A stretch of DNA of 64,000 nucleotides from Eledone cirrhosa (lineage: Eukaryota): contig OZ024762.1 in the NCBI GenBank assembly GCA_964016885.1, positions 1,736,001-1,800,000 on the forward strand, written 5' to 3'. Both the position numbers and the translations under genes were made by a program. This document shows, one piece after another, positions 26,065 to 39,754 of the stretch. The notes below the pieces were generated by a model. The model was not told the DNA's origin and did not search any database. It saw nothing but the letters and a program-made list of their open reading frames with translations. Position 1 is the first letter of the stretch. Each line of letters starts with the position of its first letter.

Positions 26065-28805
26065 CATTTACAGTGGGCATGCTTTTTACCGTGACACCTA
26101 CACAACCACTTTATAGTGTGTACTGGGTGCTTTTTACTGTGACACCTACACAACCACTTTATAGTGTGTACTGGGTGCTTTTTACCGTGACACCTACACA
26201 ACCACTTTATAGTGTGTACTGGGTGCTTTTTACTGTGACACCTACACAACCACTTTATAGTGTGTACTGGGTGCTTTTTACCGTGACACCTACACAACCA
26301 CTTTATAGTGTGTACTGGGTGCTTTTTTACTGTGACACCTACACAACCACTTTATAGTGTGTACTGGGTGCTTTTTACCGTGACACCTACACAACCACTT
26401 TATAGTGTGTACTGGGTGCTTTTTACCGTGACACCTACACAACCACTTTATAGTGTGTACTGGGTGCTTTTTACCGTGACACCTACACAACCACTTTATA
26501 GTGTGTACTGGGTGCTTTTTACCGTGACACCTACACAACCACTTTATAGTGTGTACTGGGTGCTTTTTACCGTGACACCTACACAACCACTTTATAGTGT
26601 GTACTGGGTGCTTTTTACTGTGACACCTACACAACCACTTTATAGTGTGTACTGGGTGCTTTTTACTGTGACACCTACACAACCACTTTATAGTGTGTAC
26701 TGGGTGCTTTTTACTGTGACACCTACACAACCACTTTATAGTGTGTACTGGGTGCTTTTTACTGTGACACCTACACAACCACTTTATAGTGTGTACTGGG
26801 TGCTTTTTACCGTGACACCTACACAACCACTTTATAGTGTGTACTGGGTGCTTTTTACCGTGACACCTACACAACCACTTTATAGTGTGTACTGGGTGCT
26901 TTTTACCGTGACACCTACACAACCACTTTATAGTGTGTACTGGGTGCTTTTTACCGTGACACCTACACAACCACTTTATAGTGTGTACTGGGTGCTTTTT
27001 ACCGTGACACCTACACAACCACTTTATAGTGTGTACTGGGTGCTTTTTACCGTGACACCTACACAACCACTTTATAGTGTGTACTGGGTGCTTTTTACTG
27101 TGACACCTACACAACCACTTTATAGTGTGTACTGGGTGCTTTTTACTGTGACACCTACACAACCACTTTATAGTGTGTACTGGGTGCTTTTTACTGTGAC
27201 ACCTACACAACCACTTTATAGTGTGTACTGGGTGCTTTTTACTGTGACACCTACACAACCACTTTATAGTGTGTACTGGGTGCTTTTTACCGTGACACCT
27301 ACACAACCACTTTATAGTGTGTACTGGGTGCTTTTTACCGTGACACCTACACAACCACTTTATAGTGTGTACTGGGTGCTTTTTACCGTGACACCTACAC
27401 AACCACTTTATAGTGTGTACTGGGTGCTTTTTACTGTGACACCTACACAACCACTTTATAGTGTGTACTGGGTGCTTTTTACCGTGACACCTACACAACC
27501 ACTTTATAGTGTGTACTGGGTGCTTTTTACCGTGACACCTACACAACCACTTTATAGTGTGTACTGGGTGCTTTTTACTGTGACACCTACCCAACCACTT
27601 TATAGTGTGTACTGGGTGCTTTTTACTGTGACACCTACCCAACCACTTTATAGTGTGTACTGGGTGCTTTTTACCGTGACACCTACACAACCACTTTATA
27701 GTGTGTACTGGGTGCTTTTTACTGTGACACCTACCCAACCACTTTATAGTGTGTACTGGGTGCTTTTTACTGTGACACCTACACAACCACTTTATAGTGT
27801 GTACTGGGTGCTTTTTACTGTGACACCTACACAACCACTTTATAGTGTGTACTGGGTGCTTTTTACCGTGACACCTACACAACCACTTTATAGTGTGTAC
27901 TGGGTGCTTTTTACTGTGACACCTACACAACCACTTTATAGTGTGTACTGGGTGCTTTTCACCGTGACACCTACACAACCACTTTATAGTGTGTACTGGG
28001 TGCTTTTTACTGTGACACCTACACAACCACTTTATAGTGTGTACTGGGTGCTTTTTACCGTGACACCTACACAACCACTTTATAGTGTGTACTGGGTGCT
28101 TTTTACTGTGACACCTACCCAACCACTTTATAGTGTGTACTGGGTGCTTTTTACTGTGACACCTACACAACCACTTTATAGTGTGTACTGGGTGCTTTTT
28201 ACTGTGACACCTACCCAACCACTTTATAGTGTGTACTGGGTGCTTTTTACTGTGACACCTACACAACCACTTTATAGTGTGTACTGGGTGCTTTTTACTG
28301 TGACACCTACCCAACCACTTTATAGTGTGTACTGGGTGCTTTTTACCGTGACACCTACACAACCACTTTATAGTGTGTACTGGGTGCTTTTTACTGTGAC
28401 ACCTACACAACCACTTTATAGTGTGTACTGGGTGCTTTTCACCGTGACACCTACACAACCACTTTATAGTGTGTACTGGGTGCTTTTTACTGTGACACCT
28501 ACACAACCACTTTATAGTGTATACTGGGTGCTTTTTACTGTGACACCTACACAACCACTTTATAGTGTGTACTGGGTGCTTTTTACTGTGACACCTACCC
28601 AACCACTTTATAGTGTGTACTGGGTGCTTTTTACTGTGACACCTACACAACCACTTTATAGTGTGTACTGGGTGCTTTTTACTGTGACATCTACACAACC
28701 ACTTTATAGTGTGTACTGGGTGCTTTTTACTGTGACATCTACACAACCACTTTATAGTGTGTACTGGGTGCTTTTTACTGTGACATCTACACAACAACTT
28801 TACAG
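26065..28805. repeat. 48-bp minisatellite, ~57 copies, SINE-derived
   Basis: Unit GTGACACCTACACAACCACTTTATAGTGTGTACTGGGTGCTTTTTAC(C/T); the 838- and 853-aa ORFs arise from a stop-free unit whose length is divisible by 3. Confidence 0.97.
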
Positions 28806-30156
28806 TAATGTAAATGCTATGTGAGGTAAAGCCTTTAATGTGAAAATACAATAGTATATATAGAGTAATATCAATGCTAAAGGGTTAAACTAGGAAAACC
28901 AACCAAAGGTAGTCGACACTGCACAAGCTCAAGTGTGGCATAGACATATCAAGCTTTTATTAATTTCTATGTCAGATGGAACTATTAATGTAGCTAAATC
29001 TAAACATACACATACATCAGCACACATCTACACAAATATATATATACAATACACAAACATACATATACACGGTAAAAATCTCCCAGTCCACACTGTAAAC
29101 ATGGTTGGTGTTAGGAAGGGCATCCAGCCGTAGAAAACCCGCCAGACAGTCCTATGCGAGCAAGTCAACCACTCTTGCCTCAAGTGGGAAAACTCCCGTC
29201 CAAACCCATGCAAGCGTGGAACATGGACGTTAAACGATGATGATGATGATGATACATACATATACATACAAACACAACTACACAAACATACATATAGACA
29301 TATACATATACGACACAACTACACATATACACATATATACACAAACATGTTTACACCCACACACACACCTTCACATATACACATACATAAAAGTGCACAC
29401 ACACACACATATATATATATATATAAACACACACAAACACATATATATATACACACATATATATACACACACACACATATATATAAACACACACATATAC
29501 ATATATATAAACACACATTTATAAACACACACATAAACACACACACACAAATATAATCACACACACACACACATACATATGTATATATACACACACACAT
29601 GTATATATATAAACACACACATGTAGATTCTCAGTATTGTGAGGTGATGTAAAACAAAATCAAATTGTGTATGTGTTTAAATGTGAGTGTATTTGTGTGT
29701 GTATGTGTAAATGTGGGTGTGTATGTGTGTAAATGTGTGTGTATGTGTGTGTAAATGTGTGTGTGTATGTGTGTGTGTATGTGTGTAAATGTGTGTGTGT
29801 ATGTCTGTGTCAGTTGTTTAAAAAAGTTTAGCCCAAAATATTGTGCTAATGTAATAAAGCTGGTGACGCAATGCTGTAAGGTGGAACACGTGTGTGTGAT
29901 ACATATATATGTTTTGTGTGGGTATGTGTGTATGTATATATGCGTGTATATGTATGTGTGATGTGCGTGTGTATATAAATGTGTGTGTGGGTATGTGTGT
30001 GTATATGTATGTGATATATATGTGTATGTATATGTATGTGACATATGTGTGTGTGTGTATATATGTGTGATATATGTGTGTGTGTGTATATAAATGTGTG
30101 TGTATATGTATGTGATATATATATGTGTGTGTATATGTATGTGACATGTGTGTGTG

Positions 30157-30702
30157 AATAAGGACGGGTTGGAAGAAGTTTAGGGAGTTGCTTCCTCTGC
30201 TGACAAAGGGTTTCTCCCTGGGTACGAAAGGCCGGTTATATGATGCCTGTGTGAGGAGCGCGATGCTGCATGGTAGTGAGACATGGGCAGCAACTGCAGA
30301 GGATATGCGACAGCTGGAGAGAAATGAGGCAAGCATGCTCCGTTGGATGTGCAATGTCAATGTGCGTGAACAACCCAGCATGGATGAGTTGAGAGAGAAA
30401 CTGTGTCTGAGAGGGATAGAATGTAGTGTGCGGGAGAGGAGACTGAGGTGGTATGGACATGTGATGCGCATGGAGGATGACTGATGGGTGAAGAAGTGCC
30501 AGGAAATTCCAGTTGAAGGAAGACGTGGTAGAGGTAGACCACGAAAAACATGGGCAGAGGTGGTGAGAACAGACCTCAGATCGTTGAAGCTCACGGTGGA
30601 GATGACGAAGGACCGTGACAAGTTGAGAGATGCTGTGCTGAATAAGACCCGTCCCACCCTTGCAAGCGGGGAAGAGCGGCGTAAAATGATGATGATGATG
30701 AT
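30157..30702 (+). mobile_element. RTE LINE 3' end (5'-truncated) with (GAT)n tail
   Basis: [43 protein letters not shown]...[12 protein letters not shown]...GRGRPRKTW; one in-frame stop at 30482. Confidence 0.93.
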
Positions 30703-31274
30703 GTGTATATATATATGTGTGTGTGTATATGTATGCGAGTGTGTGTATATGTATGTGAGTGTGTGTATGTGTATATATATGCATGTATTACATATAAATG
30801 TATATATATATCATACATGCATATATATACACACACACAGACAGGCATGTATATGTGAAATGAAACTGAAAGGCCCATATATATATACATGTGCGTATGT
30901 ATATAAACGAGTGTGTGTGTGCATACATATACACACACACATATATATATATACACACAGTGACGTAAGCCACTAATCGCTACCCCACACTAATCCCTGA
31001 CACACCTCGGGTATATTATAAAGAGATGGGACCTATACTCTACTACACCAAGTATTGAGTTCTCTGTTGGGTAATGGTCTAACTAGTTTCAAACTGGTTT
31101 TATCCTGATTTATATATATAAAGTTTAATACAAAAATGGCTTCTACAGGACTAGAACTGTTTCATTAAACTTGATATTTACACTCTACTTATGTATTGAG
31201 TACCTTACTTACTGTGGTTACCCCCCCGACTGAAAGCAGGACATATATAAAACATCTTTTTTTTTCATTGTTCT

Positions 31275-31307
<33 letters not shown>

Positions 31308-31707
31308 CATACATATATATACACATCATCATCATCAACGTTTAACGTCCGTGTTCCACGCTTGCATGGGTTTGGACGGGGGTATTCCCACTTGAGGCAA
31401 GAGTGATTGTCTTGCTCGCATAGGACAGTCTGGCAGGTTTTCTACAGTTGGATGCCCTTCCTAACACCAACCACATTTACAGTGTGGGTCTGGGAGGTTT
31501 TTACTGTGTTGCCTACACGGCCACATTACAGCATGGACTGTGTGTTTTTTTGTCGTGACACCTACACGATCTCATTTGTTTTGGCCTGGATGGCGCGGCA
31601 CCAACATAACTTTACATAGAACGGGGTGGTGTGGATGGAGTGGGGGTGGTGGGACGGGGTGTATTTGTTAGAGATGCCTACTGGCTGTAGTAGGTTTTAC
31701 TATGTAT

Positions 31708-32378
31708 TTAGGTAAGGCTGGTCTTCTCTGTTACTGAGTACCGCCAAAGGTCTCGGTCCAGTGACATTGTCTTGGAGAGGTGTAAGTGTGTGAGGTCGGA
31801 GTTTATCAGCTCGTCCCAGGTTTTTCTAGGTCTGCCTATTCCGTGGCTACCGTCTATCTTTATTGCCCTGCACTTTGTTATACAGCTATCGACTTTCATG
31901 CGCATCACGTGTCCATACCAACGTAGCCTTCTCTTGAGTAAACAATATCTGATCCCTCTTATTTCTAATTTTTTCCTTAGTTCGTTTATGCTTTGCCGTT
32001 CACGTATATTACTGTTACACATCCAGCGGAGCATGCAAACTTCGTTCCTCTCTAGTCTGCGTATATCCTCTGCACACAATGCCCAGGTCTCACTGCCATG
32101 CAACATTGCTGTTCGTATGCAGGCATCATACAACCTGCCTTTCATTTTTAGGGAGAACCCTTTAGCGGCTAATAGTGGTATAAGCTCTCTGAACTTTTTC
32201 CAACCAGTTCTGACTCTAGCTACTGTACTTTCAGAGCACCCTCCCCCACTGCTGATTTTATCGCCCAGGTAACGGAAGCTGTCCACTATTTCTATAGAAC
32301 CCTCTGCGCAATTGAAAGAGCTAGTATTTTGTGGGCACTTGCTGCTACTTATTGCACCAGAGCACCGGCCACATGTAA
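31708..32378 (-). mobile_element. RTE LINE 3' fragment (second subfamily), open frame
   Basis: FTCGRC...[32 protein letters not shown]...[12 protein letters not shown]...GRPRKTW...DRDLWR. Confidence 0.93.
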
Positions 32379-32855
32379 AATCTATATATACACATATATA
32401 TATACACATATATATATATATACATATATATACACATATATATACACATATATATACACAGATATATACACATATATATATATACATATATATACACATA
32501 TATATATATACATATATATACACACATATATACACATATATATACACACATATATACACATATATATACACACATATATACACATATATATACACATATA
32601 TATACACACATATATACACATATATATACACATATATATACACGTATATATACACGTATATATACATGTATATATACACATATATATACACATATATATA
32701 CACATATATATATACACATATATATACACATATATATACACATATATACACATATATATATACATATATACACATATATATATACATATATATACACATA
32801 TATATATACATATATATATATACACATGTATATATATACACATGTATATATACAT

Positions 32856-32896
<41 letters not shown>

Positions 32897-33164
32897 TATA
32901 CATATATATGTATATATATATACATATATATACACACACATATATATACATATATATACACACATATATATATATATACATATATATACATATATATACA
33001 CACATACATATATCCACACACACACACACATATATATATACACATATATATACATATATATGTATATATATATATATACACACACATATATATATACACA
33101 TATATACACACATATATATATACACAAACAGGCATGTATATAATATGAAATGAAACTGGAAGAT

Positions 33165-33198
<34 letters not shown>

Positions 33199-33656
33199 GT
33201 TTGTGTATGTATGTATTTAAAATTCACCCAAATATACACACTAAGCATTTCCTATCTGAGTCACTATATACATAGATACATACATACATACATACATACA
33301 CATACATACATGTAACCATTTAAAATGTTTACACACAATGTATTTCCTCTCTCAGCCACGTTGCTTACAATAAGTTCACTTTCCTATCACAAGGTCCTGG
33401 GTTCTAACCCTACATTTATCCCTGTAAATAGTTATTTCCCCAATGTTACGCCTACATTTAATCCTCTATATCATTTCTACATACATACTGAACATTTATA
33501 TAAACATATCCAAGAAATAAATTATTAAACTATTACCTATATCTTTAATCACTTCCACAGGTCAGTAATCAACATAAACTATAGGGTTTCTCTTATACAA
33601 ATCAATTTATCAAAACCAATTCCTCGGTTGGCATGATTGTTCATATATCCAGTAAT

Positions 33657-35727
33657 CCTGGTATATATGACATACCAACCCTGGTATATATGACATACCA
33701 GCCCTGCTATATAAGACATACCAACCCTGGTATATATGACATACCAGCCCTGGTATATATGACATACCAACCCTGGTATCTATGACATACCAACCCTGGT
33801 ATCTATGACATACCAACCCTGGTATCTATGACATACCAGCCCTGGTATCTATGACATACCAACCCTGGTATCTATGACATACCAACCCTGGTATCTATGA
33901 CATACCAGCCCTGGTATCTATGACATACCAGCCCTGGTATCTATGACATACCAGCCCTGGTATCTATGACATACCAACCCTGGTATCTATGACATACCAG
34001 CCCTGGTATCTATGACATACCAGCCCTGGTATCTATGACATACCAGCCCTGGTATCTATGACATACCAGCCCTGGTATATATGACATACCAACCCTGGTA
34101 TATATGACATACCAGCCCTGGTATATATGACATACCAACCCTAGTATCTATGACATACCAGCCCCGCTATATATGACATACCAACCCTGGTATATATGAC
34201 ATACCAGCCCTGCTATATATGACATACCAGCCCTGGTATCTGTGACATACCAACCCTGGTATATATGACATACCAACCCTGCTATATATGACATACCAAC
34301 CCTGGTATCTATGACATACCAGCCCCGCTATATATGACATACCAACCCTGGTATATATGACATACCAGCCCTGCTATATATGACATACCAGCCCTGGTAT
34401 CTGTGACATACCAACCCTGGTATATATGACATACCAACCCTGGTATATATGACATACCAGCCCTGGTATATATGACATACCAACCCTGGTATATATGACA
34501 TACCAACCCTGCTATATATGACATACCAACCCTGGTATATATGACATACCAGCCCTGGTATATATGACATACCAACCCTGCTATATATGACATACCAGCC
34601 CTGCTATATATGACATACCAGCCCTGGTATATATGACATACCAACCCTGCTATATATGACATACCAACCCTGCTATCTATGACATACCAGCCCTGGTATC
34701 TATGACATACCAACCCTGGTATATATGACATACCAGCCCTGGTATATATGACATACCAGCCCTGGTATCTATGACATACCAACCCTGGTATATATGGCAT
34801 ACCAGCCCTGCTATATATGACATACCAACCCTGCTATATATGACATACCAACCCTGGTATATATGACATACCAGCCCTAGTATATATGACATACCAGCCC
34901 TGGTATATATGACATACCAGCCCTGGTATATATGACATACCAGCCCTGGTATATATGACATACCAACCCTGGTATATATGACATACCAACCCTGGTATCT
35001 ATGACATACCAACCATGGTATCTATGACATACCAGCCCTGCTATATATGACATGCCAACCCTGGTATATATGACATGCCAGCCCTGGTATATATGACATA
35101 CCAGCCCTGGTATATATGACATACCAGCCCTGCTATATATGACATACCAGCCCTGGTATATATGACATACCAGCCCTGCTATATATGACATGCCAACCCT
35201 GGTATCTATGACATGCCAGCCCTGGTATCTATGACATGCCAGCCCTGGTATATATGACATACCAGCCCTGCTATATATGACATACCAGCCCTGGTATATA
35301 TGACATACCAGCCCTGGTATATATGACATACCAGCCCTGGTATCTATGACATACCAACCCTGGTATCTATGACATACCAACCCTGGTATATATGACATAC
35401 CAACCCTGGTATATATGACATACCAACCCTGCTATATATGACATACCAACCCTGGTATATATGACATACCAGCCCTGGTATATATGACATACCAGCCCTG
35501 GTATCTATGACATACCAGCCCCGGTATCTATGACATACCAACCCCGGTATATATGACATACCAACCCTGGTATATATGACATACCAACGCTGGTATATAT
35601 GACATACCAACCCTGGTATATATGACATACCAACCCTGCTATATATGACATAGCAACCCTGGTATATATGACATACCAACCCTGCTATATATGACATACC
35701 AACCCTGCTATATATGACATACCAACC
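33657..35727. repeat. 23-bp minisatellite CCCTG(G/C)TAT(A/C)TATGACATACCA(A/G), ~90 copies
   Basis: Period 23; each unit contains the internal inverted repeat TGGTAT/ATACCA. Confidence 0.97.
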
Positions 35728-35741
35728 TTGGACTCCAGTAA

Positions 35742-37450
35742 TCTCTCTATATATATAAAATTCTGTCTGTCTGTCTTTTCCTTATGCATTCTCAAACAGC
35801 TCGACCATTACAAGGTAATAGTATTAGACTCTGGGATTAACATGTAATTTTTATTTTCATTTGGATTAAAACAATATAACATTTTATCTAAAATATTCTA
35901 CTATAGTCAACTATAATAAATGGACATTTTATAACAATGATGTCACATTTTGTATATGAGTGTGTATGTGTCTGTGAGTGTGTGTATGTGTGTGAGCATC
36001 CATTACGTATGTTAGGCCTTAGTAAGTTACATAGACACACATCTTCACGTAAATATTTAATCAGATACACAGAGAATTAAACACATACATATCTACACAC
36101 ACATATCTACACATACATATGTAATAACTGACAAGTATGTATGTGGTGTGTGTGAGTATGTAGTGTGTGTGAGTAAGTGAGAGTGTATGTGGTGTGTGTG
36201 AGTGTATGTAGTGTGTGTGAGTGTATGTAGTGTGTGTGAGTGTATGTAGTGTGTGTGAGTGTATGTAGTGTGTGTGAGTAAGTGAGAGTGTATGTGGTGT
36301 GTGTGAGTGTATGTAGTGTATGTGGTGTGTGTGAGTGGATTTGGTTAACTTACACTGCATACAAAAATAGAGATTAATATATATTTCTTTTGGATGTTGA
36401 TATTTGTTTACAATGTTGAAAAGAAATGTCTTTTTTCTAAAAACTCCTCTCATACCTACAGCTGTTCCATTTCAATTTAAGGGGCTTCAGTTTCCAGTCA
36501 AACTAAGTTTTGTTATTTCAATTAACAAATCTCAGGGTCAATCCCTCAAGGTAGTTGGACTTCATCTCTCTACTACATGTTTCCCCCACGGTCAACTCTA
36601 TGTAATCTCTCTACTACATGTTTCCCCCACAGTCAACTCTATGTAATCTCTCTACTACATGTTTCCCCCACGGTCAACTCTATGTAATCTCTTTACTACA
36701 TGTTTCCCCCACGGTCAACTCTATGTAATCTCTCTACTACATGTTTCCCCCCCAGTCAACTCTATGTAATCTCTCTACTATATGTTTCCCCCACGGTCAA
36801 CTCTATGTAATCTCTCTACTATATGTTTCCCCCACGGTCAACTCTATGTAATCTCTCTACTATATGTTTCCCCCACGGTCAACTCTATGTAATCTCTCTA
36901 CTATATGTTTCCCCCCCAGTCAACTCTATGTAATCTCTCTACATGTTTCCCCCCCCCCCAGTCAACTCTATGTAATCTCTCTACTATATGTTTCCCCCAC
37001 AGTCAACTCTATGTAATCTCTCTACTATATGTTTCCCCCACGGTCAACTCTATGTAATCTCTCTACTATATGTTTCCCCCCCAGTCAACTCTATGTAATC
37101 TCTCTACATGTTTCCCCCCCCCCCCCCCCAGTCAACTCTATGTAATCTCTCTACTACATGTTTCCCCCACAGTCAACTCTATGTTGGTTGCTCACGAGTT
37201 GGAAGCACCACAATTTATTCATTTGGACACCAACAAAAGAAATCACACAATGAATATTGTTTACCCTGAGGTGCTTCAAGATTGACAGATTTTCATTTCT
37301 AAATTCTATTATCATTACAATTTTTATATTTTTTTAAATAAAATATAGATATTTTTGAAATAATTAGGAGAAAAAAAATATAACTTCATATTTATTGTTT
37401 ACTAATCTGAATAAGAAGAGCGTGGGCACTGAACAATGCCGGGTGACCAT
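35742..37450 (+). mobile_element. Helitron remnant (5' end plus PIF1-helicase C-terminus)
   Basis: 5' TCTCTATATATATAAAA..TGTCTGTCTGTC; peptide PLIPTAVPFQFKGLQFPVKLSFVISINKSQGQSLKVVGL..CFPHGQLYV...RVGS...NIVYPEVLQ. Confidence 0.85.
36563..37182. repeat. 41-bp minisatellite amplified from Helitron helicase coding sequence
   Basis: Unit ATCTCTCTACTACATGTTTCCCCCACGGTCAACTCTATGTA corresponds to the HLSTTCFPHGQLYV codons. Confidence 0.9.
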
Positions 37451-37770
37451 GTCTTGCTCAAATAGGGGTGTTTCTGGCTGGTTTTCTACAGCTGGATGCC
37501 CTTCCTAACATATATAAAGGAAGATATCCACATATGAATGGTCTTTAAAGTCTCCCATCTTTGTTGTTAACACATGACACTGTTGTGAATGGTCCTTAAA
37601 GTCTCCAATCTTTGTTAAGACATGTCAGTGTTGTGACATAATCACTGACACCCAAACACAACACTATTGTAGCACCACCCTTCACACGCAACACCAATGT
37701 GACGTCAGCAGGACCAGTAGACAAAGTGCTTGTTTTATGGCAGTAACAATCATTTCAGTGTTGAGATGTA

Positions 37771-38270
37771 AGGCAGTCAACCCACCCCTAAGGCCATACA
37801 TTGCTTCAGTTACCCTAGGCAGTCAACCCACCCCTAAGGCCATACATTGCTACAGTTACCCTAGGCAGTCAACCCATCCCTAAGGCCATACATTGCTTCA
37901 GTTACCCAAGGCAGTCAACCCACCCCTAAGGCCATACATTGCTACAGTTACCCTAAGCAGTCAACCCACCCCTAAGGCCATACATTGCTACAGTTACCCA
38001 AGGCAGTCAACCCACCCTAAGGCCATACATTGCTACAGTTACCCTAAGCAGTCAACCCACCCCTAAGGCCATACATTGCTATAGTTACCCTAGGCAGTCA
38101 ACCCACCCCTAAGGCCATACATTGCTACAGTTACCCTAGGCAGTCAACCCACCCCTAAGGCCATACATTGCTACAGTTACCCTAGGCAGTCAACCCACCC
38201 CTAAGGCCATACATTGTTAGTTACCCTAGGCAGTCAACCCACTCCTAAGGCCATACATTGCTTCAGTTAC
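37771..38270. repeat. 46-bp minisatellite GGCAGTCAACCCACCCCTAAGGCCATACATTGCTACAGTTACCCTA
   Basis: About 11 tandem copies. Confidence 0.95.
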
Positions 38271-39483
38271 CATCGGCAACTATCGTTAACCATATTTCAT
38301 TTAACGGCCATAATTATTTCTAATTTAGGACAATCCCCAACATTTTTGTTCCAACTCTTTATGTTCAGAGTTCAAATCCTGTCAAGGTCAACTTTAGTCT
38401 TTCATCCTTCTGGGGGGGGGGGGGGTCGATTAAATAAAGTACCAGTTAAGTTCCCTGGGGGTTCCTCATCACCCCCCCCCCTCTATCTCCCTGCCATCCG
38501 CCCAAATTGCTTACAATTATTTTCTCCACCCCCACCCCGCCGCACTTACACGCTTGTGACGTCACAGGTAATGCATCAATGTGACGTTAACGGAAGCGAC
38601 AGTCGGATGAAGTTCACACGTCGTCGGTAGAGCGTCGGACAGCCCTGCTTCGCAGCACAGAGTTACGTCCCTTCGCGTTCTGAGTTCAAATTCGCGCCAA
38701 GGTTAGCTTTACCTTTCATCCTTACCGGGGTCGATAAAATAAAGTACCAGTAACGCACTGTGGTCGATTTAATCGACTTTCCCCTCCCTCCCAAATTGCT
38801 GGTCTTGTGCCTAAAGTACCAGTCATACACTGGGGTAGATTTCCCTGCCAGAACCCCCAAAATTGCTGGCATTGTGCCTAATTCAGAAACCATTATTATA
38901 TACGAGGATAATAATATATTACGAGACGAGGCCACAAAACGTATTAGAAATAGCAGCCAAATCAAACCCTATCGACTTAAATAAAGATGGACACACGGGA
39001 CAATGTAGTTAGTCCCCGATATATAATTAAAAGGATTTTTTTTAAAAAGACTGGATGGTCGTGGCCGGATTGGCACGATAGAAGATCGGGGGCAAACAAT
39101 AGTCTTTCTTGATATCAAAATAACAGGTAAATCATAAACACAGGTGTTAAAATATAAGGGAGCATTGGATAAAGTAATTAATTGCCTTGATTATAAAAAG
39201 ACTGGAGAGTCCAGGTTGGGATGTCTTTGATCATAGGTCAGCTTAGTTAGAGATGACCTAGGGCTAAATTAACGGCAACCATTTCTATTGCGTCACTGAG
39301 CAAATATATTCGATAATGGCGCTTTATCTAAATCTCACTGAAAACAAATACACGCCACTACCACACGCACACATATATAGATATATATACACACACACAC
39401 ACACATATATATATATTGAGTGCTTCCAATCTATTGTAAAACTAATTCTTTGATTTATTCATTGAACCTTGTTTAACCTTTAA

Positions 39484-39514
<31 letters not shown>

Positions 39515-39618
39515 CACACACAACACACACACACCACCTGACACATATACACGCACGCACACACACCACCTTACACATACACGCACACACCACCTTACAC
39601 ATATATATACACACACGC

Positions 39619-39649
<31 letters not shown>

Positions 39650-39691
39650 ACACACGGTTGAAATAGACATACTTCGTTAATGTACATACAT

Positions 39692-39754
<63 letters not shown>

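Noticed and set aside
26290-28851. 853-aa Cys/His-rich (CRCHSKKHPVH) and 838-aa ORFs as metal-binding repeat proteins
   Set aside because: A stop-free 48-bp SINE-derived minisatellite open on both strands, with a frameshifting unit at ~26325, located inside an intron
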